From a candidate division FCPU426 bacterium (lineage in GTDB: Bacteria; Oederibacteriota; Muellerivitia; Muellerivitales; Muellerivitaceae): a DNA stretch of 64,000 bases. The stretch is from assembly GCA_963796105.1 (NCBI GenBank), contig CAWCKJ010000002.1, positions 320,001-384,000 of the forward strand. The letters are read 5' to 3'. The notes below the pieces were generated by a model. The model saw nothing but the letters and a program-made list of their open reading frames with translations, made no database searches and was not told the origin of the DNA. This document shows, piece by piece, positions 1 to 10,789 of this stretch (position 1 is the first letter of the stretch; the number at the start of each line of letters is the position of its first letter). The position numbers and the translations under genes are program-made.

Positions 1-3000
1 TTACAAACAGCCCTACCCTGACTAGGACCCTTACATCCACTTTGACTCCGAGTAATACATCAACCCGAACGGCGACCCCTACTCCAACGATTACATCGAC
101 TAGGACCCCGACCCCTACTTACACAAACACCCTTTCGCCCACTCTAACGTCAACTGTTACTCCAACTAAGACTTCGACTCTAACGCCAACAAATACTCCT
201 ACGTCTACCCCGACTCAGACGAGCACTTCAACACCCACTCAAACGAGAACCTCGACACCAACTACTACCAATACCCCATCGCCGACCCCAACCCCAACAG
301 CCACCTCAACGGTTACGTCAACACCTACTCCAACTAGGACTTCGACTCTAACGCCAACAAATACTCCTACGTCTACCCCGACTCAGACGAGAACTTCAAC
401 ACCCACTCAAACGAGAACCTCGACACCAACCACTACCAATACCCCATCGCCGACCCCAACCCCAACAGTCATCTCGACGGCAACATCAACGCCTACCCCG
501 ACTAGGACAGTGACCTCGACACCCACCAATACACCTTCACCGACACCGACCCCAACCGCCACCTTGACGGCAACATCAACACCTTCCCCGACTAAAACAT
601 TGACCTCGACATCTACCAATACCGCTACCTCCACTCCGACCCTGACCAATACTCCGACACCCACGCCGACGAGAACCCCGACACCCACTTCCACCAATAC
701 ACCTTCACCGACCCCAACCTCCACCTTGACAGCAACATCAACGCCTACCCCGACTAGGACAATGACCTCGACACCAACTACTACCAATACCCCATCGCCG
801 ACCCCAACCCCAACAGCCACCTCAACGGTAACGTCAACACCTACTCCAACTAGGACTTCGACTCTAACGCCAACAAATACTCCTACCTCTACCCCGACTC
901 AGACGAGCACTTCAACACCCACTCAAACGAGAACCTCGACACCAACCACTACCAATACACCTTCACCGACCCCAAGCGCCACCTCAACGGCAACATCAAC
1001 ACCTACTCCAACTAGGACTTCGACTCTAACGCCAACAAATACTCCTACGTCTACCCCAACTCAGACGAGCACTTCAACACCCACTCAAACGAGAACCTCG
1101 ACACCTACATCCACCAATACACCTTCACCGACACCAACCGCCACTCCAACTGCTACTTCCACACCTTCCCCGACTAAAACATTGACCTCGACACCCACCA
1201 ATACCGCTACCTCCACTCCGACCCTGACCAATACTCCAACACCCACAGCGACGAGAACCCCGACACCAACTACTACCAATACCCCATCGGTTACACCCAC
1301 CCCTACGACAACACCTACTCCAACAAGTACTCCCACATCCACCAATTCACCAACAGGGACTCAATCGCCCACCAGTACACCCACTAACACCCCAACCAAG
1401 ACTCAGACTCCGACTTCCACGAATACGTCAACGAATACCTCGACACCCAGTATGACTAATACTCTTACGAGGACACCGACTCCTACCTCTACCCTAACTC
1501 CGACGACGACATACACGCTGACACCCACGATTACTAAAACTTTAACCCCGACACCTACATCGACTTGGACTACAACCTCAACGGTAACTAATACGACTAC
1601 GCCCACATATACAACAACGCTTACCTTAACCAATACTCCTACCAGGACTTCAACTTCTACCTTCACATCGACTACGACATTCACGCCCACTCTCACGAAC
1701 TCATCTACATCCTCCCTGACACCCACCAATACGCCTACTGCTACCCCAACTCCAACTTTAACCGCCACTCTTACGGCGACATCAACATATACCCCAACCT
1801 GGACACTGACCTCAACACTCACCCATACGCCTTCGTCTACTCCTTCTCCGACCCCAACGCTAACTGTGACCTGGACTTCGACCTTTACGTCCACTAATAC
1901 GCTTACCGCCACTCCGACTCCAACATTCACCTCAACAAAGACTCCAACTCTAACCAATACTTCCACACTCACAAATTCACCAACAGGAACTCAATCGCCC
2001 ACTAACACACCTACTATCACCCTGACCAAGACAATGACGCCCACTCCAAGCTTCACGCCAACTACAACGCCGACTTTCACACCCACAGATACCCCCACGA
2101 GGTCCTTCACCCCCACCCCGACACAGACTCCTACGAATACTTCAACAAATACACCGACCAATACCACCACGTCGACACCCACGAACACGTCCGCTTTCAC
2201 CCCTCCTGAGACATTGACGCCTTCTCCAACTCCCACGCCCACCCAAACTTCCACTTGGACAACAACCCCAACGCCTTCTCCGACACATACTTTTACTCTG
2301 ACTTTCACTGAAACGCCGACCCTGTCTCCCACGTCCACAAATTCACCCACAAGAACACCTACTTCCACGTCAACGCCTACAACCACCTCGACGATCACAT
2401 CCACTTCCACCAATACGCCAACTGGGACACAGCCACCCACCAACACGCCAACTATCACTCCAACCTTAACAATAACTCCTACTCCAACCTTCACACCAAC
2501 ATTAACGCCGACCATCACTCCTACGGATACCCCCACGAGAGCATTCACGCCTACGCCCACTATGACGAACACCACAACGTCAACACCCACAAATACGCCG
2601 ACTATAACCATGACATCCACAACCACGAACACACACTCGGGAACACCTACATTCACACCGACGCCAACTCCTACCGCTACCTCGTCATCAACGCCCATCT
2701 ACACCTTTACTGGTACAAATTCATTTACCTTAACCTCAACCATCACCTTGACCTTGGTCGGGAACGGAGTAGCAATTGGGATGCCCTATCCCAATCCCAG
2801 TGGCCCGGGCCCAGTGACCATCCAGCTAAAAGCACCTATTGGAACCACGGTTGAATGGAGTGTCTTCACAACTGCATTCAGAAAGATTTTGGAAGAGAAA
2901 CAATCCATCACAGGCATTAGAGCCGCTCTTGTTTGGAATCTGAAAGACGCTTGGGGAAAACCTGCGGCGGATGGCCTTTATTACCTTAGAATCCTTGTGG

Positions 3001-3050
3001 CAGGTCCTGTTAAAACCACCAAAATTCTGAAAATACTGGTTAACCGTTAG
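1..3050 (+). CDS. 3' part of a Thr/Pro-rich (mucin-like) surface protein with a C-terminal T9SS-CTD/FlgD-Ig-like domain; begins upstream of the window
   Basis: About 900 aa of TPT/TST repeats, then IGMPYPNP...[20 protein letters not shown]...KILVNR. No signal peptide is visible, so the gene is 5'-truncated by the window edge. Confidence 0.85.
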   Translation, partial: TNSPTLTRTLTSTLTPSNTSTRTATPTPTITSTRTPTPTYTNTLSPTLTSTVTPTKTSTLTPTNTPTSTPTQTSTSTPTQTRTSTPTTTNTPSPTPTPTATSTVTSTPTPTRTSTLTPTNTPTSTPTQTRTSTPTQTRTSTPTTTNTPSPTPTPTVISTATSTPTPTRTVTSTPTNTPSPTPTPTATLTATSTPSPTKTLTSTSTNTATSTPTLTNTPTPTPTRTPTPTSTNTPSPTPTSTLTATSTPTPTRTMTSTPTTTNTPSPTPTPTATSTVTSTPTPTRTSTLTPTNTPTSTPTQTSTSTPTQTRTSTPTTTNTPSPTPSATSTATSTPTPTRTSTLTPTNTPTSTPTQTSTSTPTQTRTSTPTSTNTPSPTPTATPTATSTPSPTKTLTSTPTNTATSTPTLTNTPTPTATRTPTPTTTNTPSVTPTPTTTPTPTSTPTSTNSPTGTQSPTSTPTNTPTKTQTPTSTNTSTNTSTPSMTNTLTRTPTPTSTLTPTTTYTLTPTITKTLTPTPTSTWTTTSTVTNTTTPTYTTTLTLTNTPTRTSTSTFTSTTTFTPTLTNSSTSSLTPTNTPTATPTPTLTATLTATSTYTPTWTLTSTLTHTPSSTPSPTPTLTVTWTSTFTSTNTLTATPTPTFTSTKTPTLTNTSTLTNSPTGTQSPTNTPTITLTKTMTPTPSFTPTTTPTFTPTDTPTRSFTPTPTQTPTNTSTNTPTNTTTSTPTNTSAFTPPETLTPSPTPTPTQTSTWTTTPTPSPTHTFTLTFTETPTLSPTSTNSPTRTPTSTSTPTTTSTITSTSTNTPTGTQPPTNTPTITPTLTITPTPTFTPTLTPTITPTDTPTRAFTPTPTMTNTTTSTPTNTPTITMTSTTTNTHSGTPTFTPTPTPTATSSSTPIYTFTGTNSFTLTSTITLTLVGNGVAIGMPYPNPSGPGPVTIQLKAPIGTTVEWSVFTTAFRKILEEKQSITGIRAALVWNLKDAWGKPAADGLYYLRILVAGPVKTTKILKILVNR

Positions 3051-3156
3051 GGGAAATTTCGGCGCCTGCTACAATGCGAATGAATTGATGATCTCAATGA
3101 ATACCCAGAACCCTCATATGGAAAAATAAGTTTTAATGTTTTTAAAAGGAGAACAA

Positions 3157-4095
3157 ATGCCGAAAACCAATAAGAAATTTCTGGGATTGTTGATCCTGCC
3201 GCTTTTCCTGTTCCTATCAACAGAAGCTTTCTCCGACAGCGCCTCAAGCCGGATTCTCTCGGACGCGCAAAAGGCTTACGCGGCCAAGGATTACGGGAAG
3301 GCGGCGCGGCTTTACCAGGAGGTGGTCCAAGGCGATCCGGCGAACGCAGTGGCGTTCGAAGCCCTGGGAAACTGCGAATACGCATTGGGACATAAAGCCG
3401 AAGCCCTCACAGCCTATAACAACTCGCTCGTGATCAATCCTTACAACGCGCAACTCGCATCCTTCGCCGAGAAACTCAGAATGCAAATCAAAGATTCCCA
3501 ACCCGCCGCCGAGTCCCCGACTCCGGCTCTCACTCCCATAGCTCCCGTCGAACACATCTGGAAAAAGGGAAGCGGATACGATTACATAGGACCCGAGTAT
3601 GACTTGAGCGCCGGTCCCGTATTCGGCCTGGGCGGAACGGGTATAGGACTCGATCAAACCTATTATTTCACCAATGGGGGCATGTTTGCCCTGGGGGGCG
3701 CGGCGAATGTTTACATTTTCGGCCTTAACTCACCCAACCTCACCTATTTCGGGGAAGGTCTTCTTCAGCTCCGGGTGACCTTTGGGGACGGGGTGGCCAG
3801 GCCCTTCCTCCTCGTGGGGGGCGGCCTTAACGCCATCGACAGCGCGAACGCCTTCTCCAGCGCGGGTTCTTACGATTCTTTTTCCTTTGTGGTTGATCCC
3901 ATGTTGGTCGCGGGAGCGGGAGTGCTTTTCTCGGTCAGCGAGTACTTCCGGCTTTTCCTACAGGCGAAAGCATCCATCACGTTCTTAAGCGGCGTCAACA
4001 CGACCCTTTCCTCGGTTGGTTATACCCAAACTCCTTCCAGCGGCGGGACATTGACTTACTATCCGGTTCTTTTCGGTTTCGCGGTTTATTTTTAA
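3157..4095 (+). CDS. Secreted TPR protein with a probable C-terminal outer-membrane beta-barrel
   Basis: AAGGAG RBS, signal peptide, TPR motifs (AFEALGNCEYALG..EALTAY), amphipathic beta strands and a terminal ...FAVYF. Confidence 0.75.
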   Translation: MPKTNKKFLGLLILPLFLFLSTEAFSDSASSRILSDAQKAYAAKDYGKAARLYQEVVQGDPANAVAFEALGNCEYALGHKAEALTAYNNSLVINPYNAQLASFAEKLRMQIKDSQPAAESPTPALTPIAPVEHIWKKGSGYDYIGPEYDLSAGPVFGLGGTGIGLDQTYYFTNGGMFALGGAANVYIFGLNSPNLTYFGEGLLQLRVTFGDGVARPFLLVGGGLNAIDSANAFSSAGSYDSFSFVVDPMLVAGAGVLFSVSEYFRLFLQAKASITFLSGVNTTLSSVGYTQTPSSGGTLTYYPVLFGFAVYF

Positions 4096-4193
4096 CCGCC
4101 AGATCCTGAATCTGAGGGCTCTCCTAAGCGGCAAATAAAAAAGCACAACCCCTATCAGAGCTGGGTTTTTATTTAGGAAATTGCCTGCGAGCC

Positions 4194-4985
4194 TTAATAA
4201 ACAGCCTGGCGTTCGTTCATGAACAAGGTGAAGGATGACGCGCCGCATCCGGGGAATGAACCTTGGTTCAGCTGGATGATTTGCAGGAAAATCGCGTCCA
4301 GGCCATCGCCTGGCGTCTCATTGCTGAAAGCGGCGCCTGGTACGATATAAGGGTCGTCTGGGATCGGCGACCCGACATTCCACAAGACATTATCTTTTCC
4401 TTTTTCCCCGACGATAATCAGGCTCGCGTTCCCGAAGTTTTTGTTCCAAGAACAGGTCACTCCCAAGGACCCGGTTGTGATTACCGGGTCCGCGGTGATG
4501 GCTGTGACCGTCGAGGCGTAGGAAGCCCCGCCAAAGTTCACGTTGAAGGTGTAGCTCTTTCCAAACGCGATATCCATACTGTTTTGGTAGATCCCGCCGG
4601 TGATCTGCGTGACTCCGTATAAGCTGGCGGCACCGTTCATGCAAGGCTCAACTCCCTTGCAGGTTAAGGGCGATGAATTACTGTTGCCGGAAAGTGTGAC
4701 GGAGGCGTCGGTCACCGGGCCGCCTTGGCTATCGGCGATATACAAGGTGCTGACTCCGAGTATCCCTTGAGGCAAGTCCACCGCCATTAGGACCGCCTGG
4801 ATGACCGGGCCGTTGCTTTGGTTGACCGGTGTAACCGATGGAACCGCTGTTGTTGGAGTCGTCATGGCTGTAACGGCAGGTGTGGAATCAGAAGGGGATG
4901 AGGCCGCGCTTTTGAAAGTGAACTGTAGGGTCATGAACAAAAAAATCAGAATTGTCGAAACCAGTATGATTGGTTTTTTTTTCAT
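4194..4985 (-). CDS. Hypothetical secreted protein, beta-rich with a Thr/Pro linker
   Basis: N-terminal MKKK plus hydrophobic stretch; 263-aa ORF; weak resemblance to the 30337..31128 protein. Confidence 0.65.
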   Translation of the reverse strand: MKKKPIILVSTILIFLFMTLQFTFKSAASSPSDSTPAVTAMTTPTTAVPSVTPVNQSNGPVIQAVLMAVDLPQGILGVSTLYIADSQGGPVTDASVTLSGNSNSSPLTCKGVEPCMNGAASLYGVTQITGGIYQNSMDIAFGKSYTFNVNFGGASYASTVTAITADPVITTGSLGVTCSWNKNFGNASLIIVGEKGKDNVLWNVGSPIPDDPYIVPGAAFSNETPGDGLDAIFLQIIQLNQGSFPGCGASSFTLFMNERQAVY

Positions 4986-5075
4986 AATAACCCCGGTAAA
5001 AATTGGACTTTCCCAAATTCTGTGCGAACCTATTAAATCACATTATTACCGCTCCATCCACATGAAGGAGGCCTT

Positions 5076-5675
5076 ATGCGCGTATCCATTATCCTGGGTC
5101 ATCCCAATCCTGACAGCTTCAACCACGCTTTGGCGGTGGAAGTCCGGGAACAATTGTTGAAACTAGGACATCAAGTTCATTTCCATGATTTGTCAGAAGA
5201 GGGTTTCGACCCCATTCTGCCCACCGGGGAGTTGGGCCGGGACGCCGTTTTGCCGCCGCTGGTAAAGATGCATTGCGAGGAGATCGCCGCCGCGGACGGC
5301 ATTGTTATCGTCCATCCCAATTGGTGGGGACAACCACCGGCCATCCTGAAGGGCTGGGTGGACCGGGTCTTGAGGCAGGGGATCGCCTATGAGTTCGTGG
5401 CGGGAGATGGGGGAGAGGGAGTGCCCAAGGGGCTTCTCAAAGCCAAGGCCGCGATCGTGCTGAACACAAGCAACACCCCAACCCAGAGGGAGATAGAGTT
5501 TTTCGGCGATCCGCTGGACAACCTTTGGAAAAAGTGTGTTTTCGATTTCTGCGGGGTCAAGAAAGTTCACCGCATTCATTTCAACGTGGTCATTACGAGT
5601 ACGCTTGCGGAACGCCGAAAATGGCTGGCGGAAGCAGCTGCCCTGGCGTCAAAAGTATTCCCGGAAGAAGGTTAG
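5076..5675 (+). CDS. NAD(P)H-dependent oxidoreductase, flavodoxin-like (Flavodoxin_2 family)
   Basis: GHPNPDSFNHAL, PNWWGQPPAILKGWVDRV motifs; AAGGAGG RBS. Confidence 0.9.
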   Translation: MRVSIILGHPNPDSFNHALAVEVREQLLKLGHQVHFHDLSEEGFDPILPTGELGRDAVLPPLVKMHCEEIAAADGIVIVHPNWWGQPPAILKGWVDRVLRQGIAYEFVAGDGGEGVPKGLLKAKAAIVLNTSNTPTQREIEFFGDPLDNLWKKCVFDFCGVKKVHRIHFNVVITSTLAERRKWLAEAAALASKVFPEEG

Positions 5676-5705
5676 GTTTCTAACCGCTTGAGGGTTCGAG
5701 GGGTC

Positions 5706-6164
5706 CTATTTTTCCGAAACGGTCTTGCGAGACTGGCTGATCCACTCTAGCAATTTCTTGCGGTCCTCTTCCTTGAGAGGGGCGCCCAAGCCCAGTTCCT
5801 TTTGGGATTCGGGGGGCATCAGGCTGCGTCGAAGTTTTTTTTCTATTTTACCCAATTGCAATTTCGGGGTCCTATCGTCCGGAAAAGGGAATTGAGTTCC
5901 CATTTCAAACGCTCCTTCGGCCTGCATGATTTCCAAGGCTCTTTTCCGATCCAGCGGCGTGCCGGCATTTACCATGAGCGGATCTGATGCTTTCGGGGCA
6001 TGGCAGGAAAAGCAGCTATTTAGGAAAATCGGCAATATGGTTTTCTCAAAATCAATTTTGGGCGTGGGGTTATCCGCGCATTTGCTTTGGCTCAAGGCGG
6101 ATTGGGTCCAAAGCGCCAGGCCTAAAATGAAGGTAGTCCCCGCGGTTTTCTTGTTTAATCTCAT
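5706..6164 (-). CDS. Periplasmic monoheme c-type cytochrome
   Basis: Signal peptide, IDFEKTILPIFLNSCFSCH (CxxCH), distal MPP. Confidence 0.75.
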   Translation of the reverse strand: MRLNKKTAGTTFILGLALWTQSALSQSKCADNPTPKIDFEKTILPIFLNSCFSCHAPKASDPLMVNAGTPLDRKRALEIMQAEGAFEMGTQFPFPDDRTPKLQLGKIEKKLRRSLMPPESQKELGLGAPLKEEDRKKLLEWISQSRKTVSEK

Positions 6165-6205
6165 ATCAGATCCAATAAATCCCATTAAGGAATAAACCGA
6201 TAAAC

Positions 6206-6982
6206 TTACAAGCTAAAGGATGTGGCCACCCGAACCTGGTTGCGCTGGCTGTCGGTGAAATCCAGGGAACTGTTTCCGATATTGGCGACTTGTGGCAGAT
6301 AAGTCAAGGCCACCCACCAGTCCTTGCCTGAATACTCCACGATAGGTCCCAGCGAGAAAACCGATCGAAGGGGCTGGTTATCGTAGAAATTCTCGTCCAT
6401 CGACTCGAAACCCAGGAATAAGCGATCGTTGGCGAACACTCCCATGCCGAGGGAGGGTCTGAGCAGGAAACTGCTGTTTGTATCCGTGTAGTCGAATTCC
6501 GATTCACCCAGAAGGTTAAAAGTCCATAAGAAGGAGCCCATTTTTTTATCCACTATGATTTTTGTTTCAAGCTCGAAATCGTCCGGTTTGAATTCCGGCT
6601 CGAAATAGAGGCCTAACCCCACAACGTCGGAAGAGCTGTCGGTTAGTTTGATTTTCCATTCGTTGGAAACGCCGTCCAGGACAGGCCCTCCGCCCAATTG
6701 GGCCCCGGAACCCTGGTTTGCGAATTCTTGGGTGAAATTTAGGTATAGGGAAGTTTGAACCCCGTCGCCTAAGCCTACTTCGAACTCCAAGTTCTGGTCC
6801 ATAGCTGAATAGAAATAGTCTCGACCGAACCTGTAGGTGGTGTAGGTTTCGATCTCTCTTTCGCCTGCCTCCAAAACGGAGCTCTCATAGTTATAGATAA
6901 AGTGCCTGTCGCCAGCCAAAGCCAGTACCGGAAGGAACGATAAACTCAAAACAGCCAGGATTCTTTTACCCGCCTTTAACAT
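6206..6982 (-). CDS. Outer-membrane beta-barrel protein (DUF6662-like)
   Basis: Signal peptide, alternating hydrophobic beta strands, EFEVGL motif, terminal SFSL. Confidence 0.65.
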   Translation of the reverse strand: MLKAGKRILAVLSLSFLPVLALAGDRHFIYNYESSVLEAGEREIETYTTYRFGRDYFYSAMDQNLEFEVGLGDGVQTSLYLNFTQEFANQGSGAQLGGGPVLDGVSNEWKIKLTDSSSDVVGLGLYFEPEFKPDDFELETKIIVDKKMGSFLWTFNLLGESEFDYTDTNSSFLLRPSLGMGVFANDRLFLGFESMDENFYDNQPLRSVFSLGPIVEYSGKDWWVALTYLPQVANIGNSSLDFTDSQRNQVRVATSFSL

Positions 6983-7054
6983 AGTAATTCCTTTTGAGTG
7001 AATTGATTCTGCAGATAACCCGGCCATGGTGGTGACGAATGGTCAAGCCATATA

Positions 7055-7073
7055 ATTGATAATGATTATCAAT
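7055..7073. promoter_or_regulatory. Fur-family operator (Fur box)
   Basis: Perfect 9-1-9 palindrome ATTGATAAT-G-ATTATCAAT containing the 7-1-7 TGATAATnATTATCA Fur consensus, about 70 bp upstream of the barrel gene. Confidence 0.8.
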
Positions 7074-7456
7074 CAGATGGCAGTTGTCAAGCCCTCTTTT
7101 CAGTTATATTGCACAGTCCTGTTCGGAAGAAATACTCACAGTCAAGGTTGGGGAAGGAATCGATAAATGAAGATTCCGTGAATCATGAAGGCGCGGCCGG
7201 AAGGGTTGACAAGGATGCGGGAAGGATCAGGAGGGAACATCGCGTCCTGGAATTTCTACAAGCCCAGACTGGTGGAAAAAGTGTAATGGGATAAACTTCC
7301 GGAAAAAGCGCTTCTTCTTTCTTGTTGCCGAAATCCACCAGCATCCATTTAAGTATTTACCATTGAACCCTATGAAGAAGGATGTTGCCGGGGATACAAT
7401 GACTGGAGATTAAAAGCGAATAACCCACATAAGCCCGATGTGAGCGAGGAGAATGT

Positions 7457-8338
7457 ATGAAATTTCAGAACACGAAAATGAGGACGTTTATCATGGGGAC
7501 GCTTGGCGCGCTGCTCATGGCTTGCGTGATCTCTCCTTCGGCCTGCTCCAGGAACGATTCACCCTCTGGCGTCACGAGCGCCTACACGCCCACCAACACT
7601 GTCACGACCACCCCGACCCCCACGGTGACCGCCACCTGGGTACCCGCGGACACGGTCAACACCTGCAATGGCTACGAATCCTTAAACGTGGGAAATTATG
7701 TTATTGAGGCGGATTATTGGAATCCAAGTACCTGTCCTGGAACCCAATGCATGAACATCAATTCCGCCACCGGAGCCTTTTCTGTGACAGAGGCTCCCAT
7801 TTGCGATAATACCGTGGCGACCTATCCCAATGTGCTTTATGGCAATTCCTTCGGGACCGTCAGTCCTGGAACGGTGCTTCCCTTGCAAGTAAGCTCGCTC
7901 AACCACGTGACCAGCAGTTGGAGTTTCAGCGTGGGGGGTGTTTCCACCGACCAATATGACGTGGCATACGACATTTGGTTTTGCCCCACTAACACCTGTA
8001 ATTCCGGATTTCCCTGTAGTGGGACCGAATTGATGATTTGGCTCAACTATAAGAACGTCAACGGCTGGCAAACTTATCAGGGTGCCGTGACTCTCGGAGG
8101 GTACACCTGGGCGGTTTGGTACTCGGGAAGCGGAAGTTGGACCTACCTGGCCTATATGCTTCAGGGGCCTGCAGTCAATAACGTTACTAACCTGGACTTG
8201 AAGGCCTTTTTCACGGATGCCGTGAACCAGGGTTTCATCCAGAACTCCTGGTACATTTACGCGATCCAGGCGGGCGACGAGATCCGTACCGGAGGACTGC
8301 CTTACAACAACAACAGCTTCTCGGTCTCGTTTTATTAA
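7457..8338 (+). CDS. Glycoside hydrolase family 12 lipoprotein
   Basis: Lipobox-like PSAC, Thr linker, GH12 motifs YDVAYDIW, TELMIWL, IQAGDE. Confidence 0.85.
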   Translation: MKFQNTKMRTFIMGTLGALLMACVISPSACSRNDSPSGVTSAYTPTNTVTTTPTPTVTATWVPADTVNTCNGYESLNVGNYVIEADYWNPSTCPGTQCMNINSATGAFSVTEAPICDNTVATYPNVLYGNSFGTVSPGTVLPLQVSSLNHVTSSWSFSVGGVSTDQYDVAYDIWFCPTNTCNSGFPCSGTELMIWLNYKNVNGWQTYQGAVTLGGYTWAVWYSGSGSWTYLAYMLQGPAVNNVTNLDLKAFFTDAVNQGFIQNSWYIYAIQAGDEIRTGGLPYNNNSFSVSFY

Positions 8339-8347
8339 GGCAAATGA

Positions 8348-8866
8348 ATGGCAAGTCCGCAAAGTGTAAACCAAATCGAAACCTTGGTATTCAATATTTC
8401 CAAAACCTCCAAAAGGCAGGTCCGGTTTGCCCCCATACTTTTCTTCTCTGTCTCCTTCTTTCAATTCTTTTGGATATGGAGGGTTTACCAAAGAACAGGT
8501 TTCACCCTGAAAGTTGGAATCTCTCTTTTTCTCTGTGTTCTTCTTTTCGCTTTTTTCGTTTACAGTATTTATCACGCGGTCAAGATCCGGCAAGTGCGTT
8601 TCGAGACGGATTCCAAGGGGATTTCCAGGATGGAGGGAAATGGCAAGACCCAAAGGGCCCTTTGGGGTGAAGTGGGAATGATCCTGGAAACCTCAAAAGG
8701 CGGTTCCATTACCCTTTACGACAAGGCTGGCGTAAGGATATTCGTCGTTCCGGTGGTCCTGGATGGGTTCGACAGGCTCAAAAAATTGATTTACGCGAGA
8801 GCCGATTTGAGGAAAGAGCAGTCCAAGCCTCGAGCGGAGATGCCGTCCATGTCCTCCAAACCTTGA
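8348..8866 (+). CDS. Hypothetical membrane protein with 2 TM segments
   Basis: Two hydrophobic segments followed by a soluble PH-like tail; fills the gap between co-oriented genes. Confidence 0.6.
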   Translation: MASPQSVNQIETLVFNISKTSKRQVRFAPILFFSVSFFQFFWIWRVYQRTGFTLKVGISLFLCVLLFAFFVYSIYHAVKIRQVRFETDSKGISRMEGNGKTQRALWGEVGMILETSKGGSITLYDKAGVRIFVVPVVLDGFDRLKKLIYARADLRKEQSKPRAEMPSMSSKP

Positions 8867-8867
8867 G

Positions 8868-10652
8868 ATGAATGAAAATCTGAAGGAAACCGCTTTCCGG
8901 AATGGCAAACGCTTATTTTGGGCCGCCCTGTTAATTCCCCCTTTTCTAACGTTTCTGGCTTATCTTTCCTCGCTAAGAAACGGTTTCGTGGACTGGGATG
9001 ACCCTCTTCTGGTCCAAGATAACTCCTTTATTCGTTCCTGGAGTCCGGCCTCGATCCGATGGATGTTCACACCGTTCCTGGCCGATAATTGGATTCCCCT
9101 GACATGGATATCATATTCGGTGGATTATTTTTTCGGACGGTTGAATCCCTGGGTCTACCACATTCATAACCTGCTTCTGCATTGTTTGAACACAGTCCTT
9201 GTGTTTCTCCTGAGCTTAAGGATATTCGGCATGGTTGGAAAGGGAAGTCCAGAAGAGGGAAATGAGGCCCGATCTGGTTGGCCCATGCCTGCGGCATTCC
9301 TAACGGCATTGTTTTTCGGTCTTCACCCCCTTCACGTGGAATCCGTGGCATGGGTCTCGGAACGCAAGGACCTTCTCTGCGGGTTTTTCTTCCTCCTAAG
9401 CCTTCTAAGCTATCTGGAATATTCCGCCGGCGTTTCCGCCAAGAGGGCTTGGCTATACGGAGCTTGCGTGGTGTTTTTCGTCCTGGCTTTGATGGCCAAA
9501 CCCATGGCGGTTTCCCTTCCTTTTATTCTGCTGATTCTGGATGCTTGGCCTTTAAGGCGCATCACGGGTGATATTCCAAAAAGGTTTTTGGAAAAAGTAC
9601 CCTTTTTAGCCATTTCCATTTTGTCAGGTTTGCTAACGATCATGGTCCAGTCAAGGTCGGGGGCCATGACGGCCATTGAAAAATTATCCCTATCCTTTAG
9701 GGTTATGAATGCCTTTCATTCCCTCGCGTTTTATTTATGCAAGATGCTCGTGCCGATGGACTTAACTGCCTTATATCCGGCCTTGTCAAAAGAGAATCCC
9801 TTCAAAGTGGAAAACATGGCCTCGGTATTGTTGGTACTCCTGGCGCTCCTGGCTTGTTTCCTTAACCGAAAAAAGTTTCCTTTTCTTATGGCCGCGTATC
9901 TTTATTACGGGATTACCCTCGCCCCTGTCCTGGGCGTTTTGCAATTCGGCTACCAAGCCTCGGCGGACCGTTATACCTATCTGCCCAGTCTAGCTCCTTT
10001 CATGTTAACGGCGGCTTTGGCCGCGATCGTTCTATCCAATCGAGTTAAATTATTGGGAATCCTGGCCGCAATTCTGGCCCTTGGCTTAGGGGTGGGGACC
10101 TACCGGCAATCCGGGTTTTGGAAAGATTCCGTGTCGCTTTGGGAGAATGTACTGAGGGTCAATCCTGATAACCTGGAAAACGCCTATACGGACCTGGCAG
10201 GCGCTTATGAACGGGCAGGCCGGGTGGATGACTCCTTGAAAACGTATGACCGCGTCCTTGAGAAGAATCCTTCCAATGTTCTTGGCCATAATGGAAGGGG
10301 GATCATCCTTGGGAAAACAGGACATCTTCAGGAGGCTGAGAAGGAATTCAAGATCGCTGCGGACTTGAACCCGCGATTCGACATCCCCCATCTCAATCTC
10401 TGGTACATCGACTACAAGTCGGGAAGGCTCAAGGAATCACTCCAAGAGGCTTTGACGGCGGCCAGGATCAACCCCAATCTCACGAAAACCTATGACATGG
10501 CTGGGTTAAGTTACGAGGCCTTGAAGAGTTATCCGGAAGCAGTCCAAGCCTTCCAAAAAGCATTGTCCCTGGAGCCCAATAACGAGTTGGTTGCCCGGCA
10601 CTTAAGCGCGGCTTATCAGAAAGAGAGCACTTCCAAACCGACGCAGAGGTAA
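8868..10652 (+). CDS. TMTC-like GT-C glycosyltransferase (putative protein O-mannosyltransferase) with C-terminal TPRs
   Basis: FVDWDD, HPLHVESVAWVSERKD and ADRYTYLP motifs, many TM helices, TPR repeats. Confidence 0.85.
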   Translation: MNENLKETAFRNGKRLFWAALLIPPFLTFLAYLSSLRNGFVDWDDPLLVQDNSFIRSWSPASIRWMFTPFLADNWIPLTWISYSVDYFFGRLNPWVYHIHNLLLHCLNTVLVFLLSLRIFGMVGKGSPEEGNEARSGWPMPAAFLTALFFGLHPLHVESVAWVSERKDLLCGFFFLLSLLSYLEYSAGVSAKRAWLYGACVVFFVLALMAKPMAVSLPFILLILDAWPLRRITGDIPKRFLEKVPFLAISILSGLLTIMVQSRSGAMTAIEKLSLSFRVMNAFHSLAFYLCKMLVPMDLTALYPALSKENPFKVENMASVLLVLLALLACFLNRKKFPFLMAAYLYYGITLAPVLGVLQFGYQASADRYTYLPSLAPFMLTAALAAIVLSNRVKLLGILAAILALGLGVGTYRQSGFWKDSVSLWENVLRVNPDNLENAYTDLAGAYERAGRVDDSLKTYDRVLEKNPSNVLGHNGRGIILGKTGHLQEAEKEFKIAADLNPRFDIPHLNLWYIDYKSGRLKESLQEALTAARINPNLTKTYDMAGLSYEALKSYPEAVQAFQKALSLEPNNELVARHLSAAYQKESTSKPTQR

Positions 10653-10789
10653 AAACTCCCCCATTTCGCCTATATGCGTTCATTTTCCAATATCCATATT
10701 TCATTATTTTTAGGCACCCCCTTTTTCCTATTTTCTTTTCCCTTTAAGCTATTTGGGATGAAAATCCATCCAATCCATAGGTCGAAAAG

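Noticed and set aside
407..2698. Val/Gly-rich minus-strand ORFs (also 17470-18006 and 56473-56658)
   Set aside because: Antisense shadows of Thr/Pro repeat codons.
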